Source of the DNA: Alphaproteobacteria bacterium
Lineage (GTDB): Bacteria > Pseudomonadota > Alphaproteobacteria > CALKHQ01
Reading direction: 5' to 3'
Assembly (NCBI GenBank): GCA_965227515.1
Contig: CBDDFZ010000001.1
Location: forward strand, 1,920,001-1,984,000
Length of the DNA: 64,000 nt
Shown: positions 51,904 through 61,099 of the stretch, in pieces
Numbering within the stretch: position 1 is the first letter of the stretch
How the letters are laid out: the number at the start of each line of letters is the position of its first letter
The notes under the pieces: model-generated
Told to the model about the DNA's origin: nothing
Seen by the model: the letters and a program-made list of their open reading frames with translations, nothing else
Database searches by the model: none
Position numbers and translations under genes: made by a program

Positions 51904-52801
51904 CACATGCTTGCCTGGCGCACCGTCGCGCAACGTGACGGTGCACGCGGTCGCGTGGCTGGCGCTTGGCGTCAGCCATTCGGCGCTGATCGACGGCATC
52001 GCCAAGGAACTGAGCGACAGCATGGGCGTGATCCAGATTACCTGGGCGCGCTTCGCCTTCTTCCTGCTGCCGCTGCTGCTGATCACCCCGGTGAGCCAGT
52101 GGAGCGGCGCACTGCGCGGCCCCCAACTGGGGCTCAACCTGTTTCGCGCGTCGCTGCCGTGCGTGGCCGGGGCGTGCGCGGCGCTGGCGGTGGCGACCGA
52201 GCCGCTGGACCTGGTGACCGCGATCATCTTCGCCGCCCCGCTGATGGTGACCGCGCTCGCCGGGCCGTTCCTGGGCGAGAAGCCCGGCCTCAGCCGCTGG
52301 GCCGCCGTCATCGTCGGCTTCGGCGGCGTGCTGGTGATCGCCCGGCCGTGGAACGAGAGCTTCGGCGTCGGCATCCTGTTCGCGCTCGCGCTCGCCTTCC
52401 TGTTCGCGATCTACCAGTTGCTGACCCGCAAGCTGACGGCACGGGGCAACCCGCGCGCGATGCTGCTGCAGGTGGCCGGCGTCGGCTTCGTCATGACCAC
52501 CATATTGCTGCCGTTCGACTGGGTCTGGCCCGACTGGCAGGGCTGGGCCTGGATGGTCGCCTCCGGCCTGACCCACCTGGTCATCCATTTCTGCATGCTG
52601 CGCGCGTTCAGCATGGCGCCGGCCTCCACCCTGGCGCCAGTGATCTATTTCCAGATCGTGGTCGCCATCGCGTTCGGCTACGTGATGTTCGGCGACGTGC
52701 CGGACCTCTCCACCCTGATCGGTGCTGCGATCGTGATGGCCTGCGGCCTGTTCGTGGTGAAGTCGGCGGGTCGGCCGGACAAGGGCCCATCGTCCGTATG
52801 A
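51896..52801 (+). CDS. DMT (EamA) family transporter, paralog 1
   Basis: 10 TM; QI.WAR, APL.VTAL..PFLGE, RW.AV.VGF.GVL.I.RP, APAS.LAP; start uncertain. Confidence 0.88.
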   Translation: MSDTCLPGAPSRNVTVHAVAWLALGVSHSALIDGIAKELSDSMGVIQITWARFAFFLLPLLLITPVSQWSGALRGPQLGLNLFRASLPCVAGACAALAVATEPLDLVTAIIFAAPLMVTALAGPFLGEKPGLSRWAAVIVGFGGVLVIARPWNESFGVGILFALALAFLFAIYQLLTRKLTARGNPRAMLLQVAGVGFVMTTILLPFDWVWPDWQGWAWMVASGLTHLVIHFCMLRAFSMAPASTLAPVIYFQIVVAIAFGYVMFGDVPDLSTLIGAAIVMACGLFVVKSAGRPDKGPSSV

Positions 52802-53682
52802 GCGGGCAGCCGGCTGACATGACGGACCCTCGCGCCGTGCTGGTCGGTGCCGCATGGCTGGCGCTCGGCGTCACCTGCTTCGCGGTCATCGACGCCATTG
52901 CGAAGTATCTGAGCGACGACTACGGCACCGTGCAGATCACCTGGGCGCGCTACGCGTTCTTCGTTCTGCCGTTGGCGATGTTCACGCCGTTGCGCATCTG
53001 GCGAGAGACCGCGCAGGGCCCACGCCTGGGGCTCAAGCTGTTGCGCGCCTCCATGCCGACCTTCGCCACCATCTTCGCGGTGATCAGCCTGTCGACGGTG
53101 CCGCTCGACCTGTTCACCGCCATCAGCTTCGCCGCACCCTTGATCGTGACCGCACTTTCGGGGCCGTTCCTTGGCGAGCATCCGGGATGGCGGCGCTGGA
53201 GTGCCGTCATCGTCGGCTTCTGCGGTGTGCTGGTGATCGCCCGGCCGTGGGACGAAAGCTTCGGAATCGGCGTGGTGTTCGCGGTCGGGCTGACGATGTT
53301 CTTCGCCTTCTACCAGCTTCTCAACCGCAAGCTGGCCGGCGACGGCACGCCGCGGGCGATGCTGCTGCAGGTGGCGCTGATCGGCTTCGTTGTGACCATG
53401 ATCGCGTTGCCGTTCGACTGGACCACGCCGGATGCGGAGGGATGGGCGCTGATGGTCTGCTCCGGCCTGGTCCACACCGCGAGCCACTTCAGCATTATTC
53501 GGGCATTCAACTACGCGCCTGCCTCCACCCTGGCGCCGTTCATCTATGTGCAGATCGTCAGCGCTGTGGCGCTGGGCTACTTCATGTTCGGCGACCTGCC
53601 GGACTGGACCACCATCGGCGGTGTCGCGGTGGTCATCGGCTGCGGCATCTATATCGTGCAGCTCGAGCGGCGGCGCCGATAG
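52798..53682 (+). CDS. DMT (EamA) family transporter, paralog 2
   Basis: Same motifs; ATGA overlap with paralog 1. Confidence 0.9.
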   Translation: MSGQPADMTDPRAVLVGAAWLALGVTCFAVIDAIAKYLSDDYGTVQITWARYAFFVLPLAMFTPLRIWRETAQGPRLGLKLLRASMPTFATIFAVISLSTVPLDLFTAISFAAPLIVTALSGPFLGEHPGWRRWSAVIVGFCGVLVIARPWDESFGIGVVFAVGLTMFFAFYQLLNRKLAGDGTPRAMLLQVALIGFVVTMIALPFDWTTPDAEGWALMVCSGLVHTASHFSIIRAFNYAPASTLAPFIYVQIVSAVALGYFMFGDLPDWTTIGGVAVVIGCGIYIVQLERRRR

Positions 53683-53705
53683 CCTGAAACGCGGGAGAGG
53701 GCAGG

Positions 53706-54512
53706 ATGAGCGGGATCGAGCCGTACGAGGTCTATGCGATCAAGTACTCGCAATGCACCATGCGGGTGTCGGAGACAATTTTGGACGGTCCGCGCGACGA
53801 CCGCGTCATCGATTTCGACTTCTATGTCTGGGCGGTGATCGGCCCGGGCGGCAGCTTCGTCATCGACACCGGCTTCGACAAGGACGTCGGCCGCAAACGC
53901 GACTTGCCGGTGGTTCAGGACACTGGGACGGGACTGGAATCGGTGGGCCTGCCGCCGGGCGACGTGCGCGACGTCATCATCACCCACATGCACTACGATC
54001 ATTCGGGCAATGGCGACCTGTTCCCGCATGCCACCTTTCACATCCAGGATTTGGAGATGGCGTACGCGACCGGCCGGCACATGTGCCACGAGGTCAGCGG
54101 CGGCGCCTATGAGGGCCGCTACGTTGCCGACATGGTGCGTCGGCTCTATCGTGGCGAGGTCAGGTTCCATGACGGGGTGGACGAGGTGGCGCCGGGTGTG
54201 ACGGTGCATCATGTCGGCGGCCACACCCTCGGCATGCAGGTGGTGCGGGTGTGGACCCGGCGCGGCTGGGTGGTGCTGGCCTCGGACGCGACCCACCTTT
54301 ACCGCAATATCGAGCAATGGCGGCCTTTCCCCTCGGTGTTCAATGTCGGTGACGTTGTCGAGGGCTTTCGCACGCTCCACAAGCTGGCGAGTTCGCCGAA
54401 CCACATCATTCCGGGCCACGACCCGCTGGTGCTGAAGCGCTATCCGCCGCCGCGGCCGGAGTTGGCCGGCCTTGTCGCGCGGCTGGATGCGGATCCAGTG
54501 GACGCGGCCTGA
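53706..54512 (+). CDS. metallo-beta-lactamase-fold hydrolase, AHL-lactonase-like family
   Basis: IDTG, THMHYDH, GGHT.G.Q, LASDA, PGHDP. Confidence 0.9.
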   Translation: MSGIEPYEVYAIKYSQCTMRVSETILDGPRDDRVIDFDFYVWAVIGPGGSFVIDTGFDKDVGRKRDLPVVQDTGTGLESVGLPPGDVRDVIITHMHYDHSGNGDLFPHATFHIQDLEMAYATGRHMCHEVSGGAYEGRYVADMVRRLYRGEVRFHDGVDEVAPGVTVHHVGGHTLGMQVVRVWTRRGWVVLASDATHLYRNIEQWRPFPSVFNVGDVVEGFRTLHKLASSPNHIIPGHDPLVLKRYPPPRPELAGLVARLDADPVDAA

Positions 54513-54722
54513 AAGGCCTGCCCCACCGCCGGCGCAATCGCGCCAAAGCGTGGCGGTTCCTGGGCGATTCCGTGATTTCGACCATTCTCTCCGCAGGGAC
54601 CGGTGCCGCGTGCCGTAACAGGCCCGTCAACCGTGCAATCCCGCACACACACAACACCGCAAGACGAGCCCCGATCTCCGGTTTCTCCGGCACGGGGCCG
54701 CGCGGCCTGAGGAGCAATTACA

Positions 54723-56084
54723 ATGGCAAACTTTTTCGGCACCATCGGCACCGACACCTTCATCGGCACGGACAACGTGCAGGACGTCTTCTACTTCAGC
54801 GACACGACACTGGACGGCAGCGACATCGTCGAGGCGGGCCACGGGTTCGAGACCGACGTCATGTATCTCACGGCCGGCACTTACGATGCCGCCATGTTCG
54901 CCGGCGTCGACGGCATCGATGCCATTCGCCTGAACAACAACGCCGGAACGACGCTGACGATTGACGATGCGCTTTCGAGCCAGGGCGGCGTGGCCGCAGA
55001 CGATGGCCGCCTGCTCATCCTGACCAGCAGCGGCAACGATACTGTCGATGCCTCCGGTGTCACCACCGACGGCGTCCACTTCGATCATGGCGGCGGGGCG
55101 GACGTCATCTATGGCAGCCAGGCGGATGACGTGATCGACGCGGCCGTCGGCGGCAGCACGTTGAGCTTCCTCTCGTTCTTCGGCAATGACGGCAACGACG
55201 TGGTCAACACCGGCGTCGGCCAAAGTGCCGCCGGCATCCAGTATCTCGACGGTGGCGACGGGGTCGACGAGCTGCACTTTGTCAGCGGCAACGATGTCCG
55301 GCTCGACCTGAATGCGGCCGGCACGCAGTTCGATATCGACGGCGCGCTGCTGGGCGTCGTGACCAACTTCGAGAGCTATCACGCCGATGGCGTCAGCGCG
55401 GTCATGCTGGGCGACAGCGGTGACAACGAGTTCCATGGTTCCGCGTTCAGCGACACGTTGCACGGCCGGGCAGGCGACGACATTCTGCGCGGCGGCGACG
55501 GCGACGATATCCTGGGTGGCGGCGCCGGCGATGACACGCTGGATGGCGGCATCGGCAACGACATCATCTTCGGTGGCTTCGGCAACGACACCCTGGACTA
55601 TTCCGAGGCGACCAACGACATGGATATCGACCTGGCCGCCCACACCGCGACCGACGGTGTCGAGCGGTTCCATGCCTTCCTGGGCATCGAGGGCGCCATC
55701 GGCGGCAGCGGCGACGACACGCTGTCGGGCGACAACCGCGACAACATGCTGGCCGGCAGCGGCGGCGACGACACCCTGTTCGGCCAGGATGGCGACGACA
55801 TCCTGCTCGGCATGAGCGGGTCGAACGAGGTCCACGGCGGGGCGGGCGCCGACGACTTCTTTTTCATCGACATCGGCAATGGCTACGGCAACGACACCAT
55901 CGCCGACTTCGAGGATGGCAGCGACGTGCTGCACTTCGTCGGCGTGGACTCCGTCCAGGTGGCCGATGTCGGCGCCGATGCGGTGGTCACCATGCTCGAC
56001 CAGTATGGCGTGTCGATCGGCTCGGTGACCGCAACGGGTGCGGCCGGCCTGGTCGACAGCGCGGACTACGTGCTGTGGTCGTAA
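54723..56084 (+). CDS. RTX/hemolysin-type Ca-binding repeat protein, paralog 1
   Basis: Many GG.G.D.L nonapeptides, no Sec signal, C-terminal D.I.DF..G.D.L motif. Confidence 0.88.
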   Translation: MANFFGTIGTDTFIGTDNVQDVFYFSDTTLDGSDIVEAGHGFETDVMYLTAGTYDAAMFAGVDGIDAIRLNNNAGTTLTIDDALSSQGGVAADDGRLLILTSSGNDTVDASGVTTDGVHFDHGGGADVIYGSQADDVIDAAVGGSTLSFLSFFGNDGNDVVNTGVGQSAAGIQYLDGGDGVDELHFVSGNDVRLDLNAAGTQFDIDGALLGVVTNFESYHADGVSAVMLGDSGDNEFHGSAFSDTLHGRAGDDILRGGDGDDILGGGAGDDTLDGGIGNDIIFGGFGNDTLDYSEATNDMDIDLAAHTATDGVERFHAFLGIEGAIGGSGDDTLSGDNRDNMLAGSGGDDTLFGQDGDDILLGMSGSNEVHGGAGADDFFFIDIGNGYGNDTIADFEDGSDVLHFVGVDSVQVADVGADAVVTMLDQYGVSIGSVTATGAAGLVDSADYVLWS

Positions 56085-56446
56085 TCGCCTAGGCGGCTGA
56101 CGGGCCATGACGCGGCGGGCGGGTCTGGTACCTGCCCGCCGCAGTTGCGTCGGATCCGCAATAAGGCGCGCTGCCCCGCTTTGCACCCGCCCGCGCCACA
56201 CCGTGTCGGTGCCAGGGCTTTTTCGCGAAATCCGAAGCATGGTGCAACGGAATGCCTACCGCTGTGCGTATCAGTGGTCGAGTTCCAATCGCAAAAAGAC
56301 CAGACGCCCGGGATCTGAGGATAATCGACGGAGCTCTTTGACCAGGAACGCGGCCGCGCCCGGCACAGACCGGTGGCTGCCGCCAGTCCCCTGCCTGCCG
56401 AAACTATGTCGCTCGGCGGGCCCAGCGGCAAAGGGAGCTACAAGAC

Positions 56447-58186
56447 ATGACATTTTTCACCGGGACCACCGGCACCGACACCTTCGTCGGGGCCGATTTC
56501 GTGCAGGACCATTTCTTCTTCGATGCAACGACCCTGAGCTCCGGAGATACGATCAAGGCCGGCGGCAACACCGGCTCGATGGCCGATATCCTGCATCTCG
56601 ACGGCGGGACCTACCTGCCCCGGATGTTCGATGGCGTGCACGGCATCGACGCGATCTGGCTCAGCGACGCCTCGACCTTGATCATCGACGATCACCTGGC
56701 GGCCCAGGGCGGCGTTGTGTCGGCGGAAGGCCGCCTGCAGGTGCGCACCAGCATCTTCGACGACGTGGTCGACGCCTCCGGCGTCACCAGCAACGGCATC
56801 ACCTTCCAGTACTACGGCGGCACCGATGTCATCGTCGGCACCGAGCTGTCCGACGAGTACTACCAAATGGCGTTCACCGGCGGCGACGTGACGTTCAACG
56901 CGGCCGGCGGCGACGATTTCGTGCTCATCGGCACCATCTTCGCCACCAGCGGGGTGCAGGCGTTCGACGGCGGCACCGGCGTCGACGAGCTGACCTTGTT
57001 CAGTGAGACCGGCCTGCTGCTGGACCTGCAGTCCCCGTCCCAGCAGTTCGACATCGGCGACGGCCTGATCACCGGCACGCTGGCCAATTTCGAGCGCTAT
57101 TTCGCTCATGCCGAGACCGCGACCATGAACGGCAGCGCCGGTGATGACGAGTTCCATGGCTCTGACGGTGACGACACGCTGTTCGGCCGCGCCGGCGCCG
57201 ACACGCTCAGCGGCAATGACGGCGACGACATCATGCGCGGCGGCAATGGCGACGACACGCTGGACGGCGGCGCTGGCAGCGACACCGCCTACTACGGCAA
57301 CACCGGCGACGGCATGGATGTCGACCTGGAGCGCGCGGTCGACCAGGCGGTCGGCAGCGGCAGTGTCGGCACCGACCAGCTGATCTCGATCGAGAACGTG
57401 GTCGGTGGGCTGAACGACGACATCCTGGCCGGCGACGACCTGGCCAACATCCTCAAGGGACGGTCCGGCGACGACACGCTGCTCGGCCGCGACGGGGCCG
57501 ACACGCTGGTCGGCAACACCGGCGAGGACACGCTGGACGGCGGCAACGATGCCGATGAGCTGCGCGGCGGCTACGGCAACGATCTGCTGCTGGGCGGCGA
57601 CGGCAACGACACGTTGCTGGGCGAGGGCGACGACGACTGGCTCGACCCCGGTATCGGCACCGACACCGTCTCCGGCGGCGCCGGGTTCGACATTGTCGAC
57701 TATTCGGACGCGGCGGTCGCGCTCGACGTCAACCTGTTCACCGGCGTCGCGACCGACGGTGGCGCGCGGTCCCACACCATCGATACCGTCGAGGGCGTGA
57801 TCGGTGGCGCGGCCGGCGATGACCTGACCGGCAACCAGGCGGACAATCTGCTGGAGGGCCGCGACGGCGGCGACACCCTCAACGGGCTTGCCGGCAGCGA
57901 CACGCTGATCGGTGGGTCTGGCCTGGACGTGCTGATAGGCGGGACCGAGGCCGATGTGTTCGTGTTCTCCGACACCGGCGCGGGCTATGGCGACGACGTG
58001 GTGCAGGACTTCGAGGACGGCATCGACGTGCTGCACTTCCAGGGAGTCGATTCCGTGCAGGTGAACGATGTCGGCGCTAACGCGCAGGTCACCATGTACG
58101 ACGCCGGCGGCAACATCCTGGATACGGTGGTGCTGCTCAACGTCGCCGGGCTGGTCGACGCCAGCGACTACGTGCTTTGGGCTTAA
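56447..58186 (+). CDS. RTX/hemolysin-type Ca-binding repeat protein, paralog 2
   Basis: Same architecture with an extra repeat block; ends DYVLWA. Confidence 0.88.
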   Translation: MTFFTGTTGTDTFVGADFVQDHFFFDATTLSSGDTIKAGGNTGSMADILHLDGGTYLPRMFDGVHGIDAIWLSDASTLIIDDHLAAQGGVVSAEGRLQVRTSIFDDVVDASGVTSNGITFQYYGGTDVIVGTELSDEYYQMAFTGGDVTFNAAGGDDFVLIGTIFATSGVQAFDGGTGVDELTLFSETGLLLDLQSPSQQFDIGDGLITGTLANFERYFAHAETATMNGSAGDDEFHGSDGDDTLFGRAGADTLSGNDGDDIMRGGNGDDTLDGGAGSDTAYYGNTGDGMDVDLERAVDQAVGSGSVGTDQLISIENVVGGLNDDILAGDDLANILKGRSGDDTLLGRDGADTLVGNTGEDTLDGGNDADELRGGYGNDLLLGGDGNDTLLGEGDDDWLDPGIGTDTVSGGAGFDIVDYSDAAVALDVNLFTGVATDGGARSHTIDTVEGVIGGAAGDDLTGNQADNLLEGRDGGDTLNGLAGSDTLIGGSGLDVLIGGTEADVFVFSDTGAGYGDDVVQDFEDGIDVLHFQGVDSVQVNDVGANAQVTMYDAGGNILDTVVLLNVAGLVDASDYVLWA

Positions 58187-58196
58187 GCCTAACCAT

Positions 58197-58309
58197 CGTC
58201 ATTGCGAGGAGCGTCGACCAGACGCGACGCGGCAATCCATAGTTTTCTGGGTCGATCGAGGAGTGATCGCTTGGATTGCCACGCCCGCTCTCGCGGGCTC
58301 GCAATGACG
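58197..58309. repeat. palindromic repeat family C, copy 2
   Basis: CGTCATTGCGAG...CTCGCAATGACG. Confidence 0.85.
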
Positions 58310-58344
58310 GCAGTTGTTGAGTACGTGCGGCGCGGCGCGGCGGG

Positions 58345-59247
58345 TCAGGCCCCGTTGCGCCGCCGGTCGCGCAGCCACTGGATGATGCCTGAGAAGTCGC
58401 GGCCCAGATCGTCGTCGTCGCAGAACGCCTGGTAGAGCGCGGTCGCCTCCGCCGCCAGCGGGGTGGAGACGCCGACCGATGCCGCGGCGTCCTGGCCCAG
58501 CTTCAGGTCCTTCAGCATCATGGTGGCGGCGAAGCCGGGCTTGTAGTCCTTGTTGGCCGGGCTCTCGGCCACCGGGCCGGGCTTCGGGCAGTACTTGTTC
58601 AGGGACCAGCACTGGCCGGTCGCGTTGCTGGAGATGTCGTAGAGGGTCTGGGCGTCCAGCCCCAGCTTCTCGGCCAGGTTGAACGCCTCGCAGACCGAGA
58701 TCATCTGGATGCCGAGCATCAGATTGTTGCAGATCTTGGCCGCCTGGCCCGCCCCGGCGTCGCCGGCATGGATCACCGCCTTGCCCATGGGGTCCAGGAT
58801 CGGCTGCGCCCGCGCGAACGCCTCCGCCGTGCCGCCGACCATGAAGGTCAGCGTGCCGGCCGCGGCCCCGGCCACGCCACCGGAAACGGGCGCGTCGACC
58901 ATCGCCACGCCCTTGTCGGCAGCGGCGGCGATGACGTCACGCGCAGTCGCGACATCGATGGTGGAACAGTCGATGGCTAGTGCGCCATCGGACGCTGCCG
59001 ACAGCACGCCGCCGTCGTCGCAGTAGGCCGCGCGGACGTGGCTGCCGGCGGGCAGCATGGTGATGATCACGTCGGCGCCGGACGCCGCCTCGGCGATGTT
59101 GGGCGCTGCGGTCATGCCGGCCTCGACCGCCGCCCTGAGCTGGACGTCGGAGATGTCATGGCCATGCACCTCGTGGCCGGCGAGCACCAGATTGCCGGCC
59201 ATCGGCAAGCCCATGTTGCCGAGGCCGATGAAGCCGATCCGCGCCAT
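58345..59247 (-). CDS. mmsB: 3-hydroxyisobutyrate dehydrogenase
   Basis: FIGLGNMGLPMA, DAPVSGG, AKICNN, CWSL..YCP.PG, LMLKDL-type motif, DFS. Confidence 0.95.
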   Translation of the reverse strand: MARIGFIGLGNMGLPMAGNLVLAGHEVHGHDISDVQLRAAVEAGMTAAPNIAEAASGADVIITMLPAGSHVRAAYCDDGGVLSAASDGALAIDCSTIDVATARDVIAAAADKGVAMVDAPVSGGVAGAAAGTLTFMVGGTAEAFARAQPILDPMGKAVIHAGDAGAGQAAKICNNLMLGIQMISVCEAFNLAEKLGLDAQTLYDISSNATGQCWSLNKYCPKPGPVAESPANKDYKPGFAATMMLKDLKLGQDAAASVGVSTPLAAEATALYQAFCDDDDLGRDFSGIIQWLRDRRRNGA

Positions 59248-59275
59248 GGTTTCCGTCCCCCTCGTTTATCGTCTT

Positions 59276-59359
59276 GTAGCCCGGGTGGAGCGCAGCGAAA
59301 CCCGGGAAAATCGGCGCGTCTTGTAGTCCCTGGGTTGCGCTTCGCTTCACCCAGGCTAC
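59276..59359. repeat. intact GTAG-type REP doublet (family D)
   Basis: GTAGCCCGGGTGGAGCGCAGCGAAACCCGGG...CACCCAGGCTAC. Confidence 0.88.
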
Positions 59360-59364
59360 GGCAC

Positions 59365-60429
59365 CTAGTTCTCGGGCGAGAATACCAAATCCGGGCCGTC
59401 GATCGGCGCGAAATAGCTCTCGACCATGTCGAGGGTGACGTCGGCCAGGCTTGGCGGCTGCCATTGCGGGTCACGGTCCTTGTCGATCAGCATCGCGCGG
59501 ATGCCCTCGTAGAACTCGTGACCGGCCATGAAGTGCTGGCTCATGCGAAACTCGATGGTCATGCATTCCTCGAACGACAGCCCGCGCGTGCGCAGCAACT
59601 GCGCCAGCGTCACCCGGCAACTGGTCGGCGACATGCGGTCCAGGCTGGCCAGCAGCTTGCCGGCGAAGGGGTCGGTCTCGTGGCGCAGCGCGGCGGCGAA
59701 CTCGTCCACCGTGTCGTAGTTGAAGCAACGCTCGATCAGCGCCTCGTGCTGCATGATCGGCGCGTCGGGCGGTGTCTCGTTCATGCGGTCGAGCACGGCG
59801 GCGACATTGCCCGGCATCCCGGCGAGCGCAAGCTGCAACGCCTCCAGCCGGTCGGAATCCAGATAGTGGGTGGCGATGCCCAGCGCCACGCAATCGGCGC
59901 CGTTCAGCCGCCAGCCGGTCAGCGCCAGGAACGCCGCCATCGCCGGCGACAGCATGTTCAGCGCGTGGCTGGCGCCGACATCGGGGAAGAAGCCGATGGC
60001 TGTCTCCGGCATCGCCAGCATGGTGCGCTCGGTCGCCACCCGGTAGCGGCCGTGCACCGACAGGCCGACGCCGCCGCCCATGGTGATGCCGTCGATCACC
60101 GCGACATAGGGCTTGGTGCAGCGGTAGATGGCGTGGTTCAGGGTGTATTCGCGGCGGAAGAAGTCCCAGGTCAGGCGTCGCATGTCCGGGTCGTCGGACC
60201 GGCCGGCCAGGGCCACCGCGCGCACGTCGCCGCCGGCGCAGAATGCCTTGTCACCGACGGCGTTGATTATGATCGCCTCGATCGCCGGGTCCGCCTCCCA
60301 CGCCGCCAGTTGCGGCGCGATGGCGTCGATCATGTCCAGGGTCAGCGCGTTCAGCGCCTTCGGGTTGTCGAGCGTGATGATCGCGAGCCCGTCATCGGCC
60401 CGCAGCTTCACGCGATCGCTGTCAGTCAC
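59365..60429 (-). CDS. 3-hydroxyisobutyryl-CoA hydrolase-type enoyl-CoA hydratase/isomerase
   Basis: KALNAL, FCAGGD, GITMGGG.G, AMPET.IG.FPDVG, EGIRA.LIDKD; adjacent to mmsB. Confidence 0.92.
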   Translation of the reverse strand: MTDSDRVKLRADDGLAIITLDNPKALNALTLDMIDAIAPQLAAWEADPAIEAIIINAVGDKAFCAGGDVRAVALAGRSDDPDMRRLTWDFFRREYTLNHAIYRCTKPYVAVIDGITMGGGVGLSVHGRYRVATERTMLAMPETAIGFFPDVGASHALNMLSPAMAAFLALTGWRLNGADCVALGIATHYLDSDRLEALQLALAGMPGNVAAVLDRMNETPPDAPIMQHEALIERCFNYDTVDEFAAALRHETDPFAGKLLASLDRMSPTSCRVTLAQLLRTRGLSFEECMTIEFRMSQHFMAGHEFYEGIRAMLIDKDRDPQWQPPSLADVTLDMVESYFAPIDGPDLVFSPEN

Positions 60430-60468
60430 GCTCGTTAATCCGATCCGGTTGCAGGCGGGAGTGGCTGG

Positions 60469-60840
60469 TTATTCCGGCGCGACCCATTCCACGTCGGCGC
60501 CCGAGCCGGCATCGGCATCGGCCGTCGCGTCCGGCTGGTCGAGCGGCTGCAGCACCAGCACCTCGACCGAGGTATTGGTCTGTGAATCCGCCGCGGCAGG
60601 CGCCTCGCAGCGCGGCTGCAGCACGCTGCAATCCCAACGGTAGCCTTCCGGCTGGCCGGAGGCGGTGCCGCCGGATTCGTACACGCATTCGCACGAGACG
60701 CCGCCCTGGCACGAGCGCTGCCCGGCCGTCGCCTGGGTGCATTGCGGTGCCTGGGCGAATGCCGCCGAAACCGTGGTGAGCATCAGTCCCGCGGCGCCGA
60801 ACGCGATACCTGCGCGTGATGTCCATCTGGATACGATCAT
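60469..60840 (-). CDS. hypothetical secreted Cys-rich protein
   Basis: Signal peptide ending AFA, six Cys within about 45 aa, acidic tail; GGGAG RBS. Confidence 0.7.
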   Translation of the reverse strand: MIVSRWTSRAGIAFGAAGLMLTTVSAAFAQAPQCTQATAGQRSCQGGVSCECVYESGGTASGQPEGYRWDCSVLQPRCEAPAAADSQTNTSVEVLVLQPLDQPDATADADAGSGADVEWVAPE

Positions 60841-61099
60841 CGGATACTCCCGATCATATGAGTATGTCCCAGCCCGCACTTCTCAGTGCCCCAATAACCT
60901 TTGGGCGAGGTGGAACACCACAATTGCGGCGCTCAGGTGGCAGGCGCGCCATATTGCGGCCTTTTCACGCTGCGGGCGCACCATGCCCGAAGCGGCGCGA
61001 CTTGTTAAGGGTCGTCGACTTGCCGGCGGAGCGGGCGTGGTGCATCGGCCTCACGCAGTTTCGCCTTGCATAACGCGTCAGGGGAACAATCTTTGCGCC

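Noticed and set aside
51907-53682. 591-aa ORF suggesting a frameshifted or fused DMT protein
   Set aside because: The first half is an off-frame read of paralog 1; two complete genes with an ATGA overlap explain it
56150-56446. Possible riboswitch in the leader of the second RTX gene
   Set aside because: No c-di-GMP or other aptamer consensus could be recognised by eye
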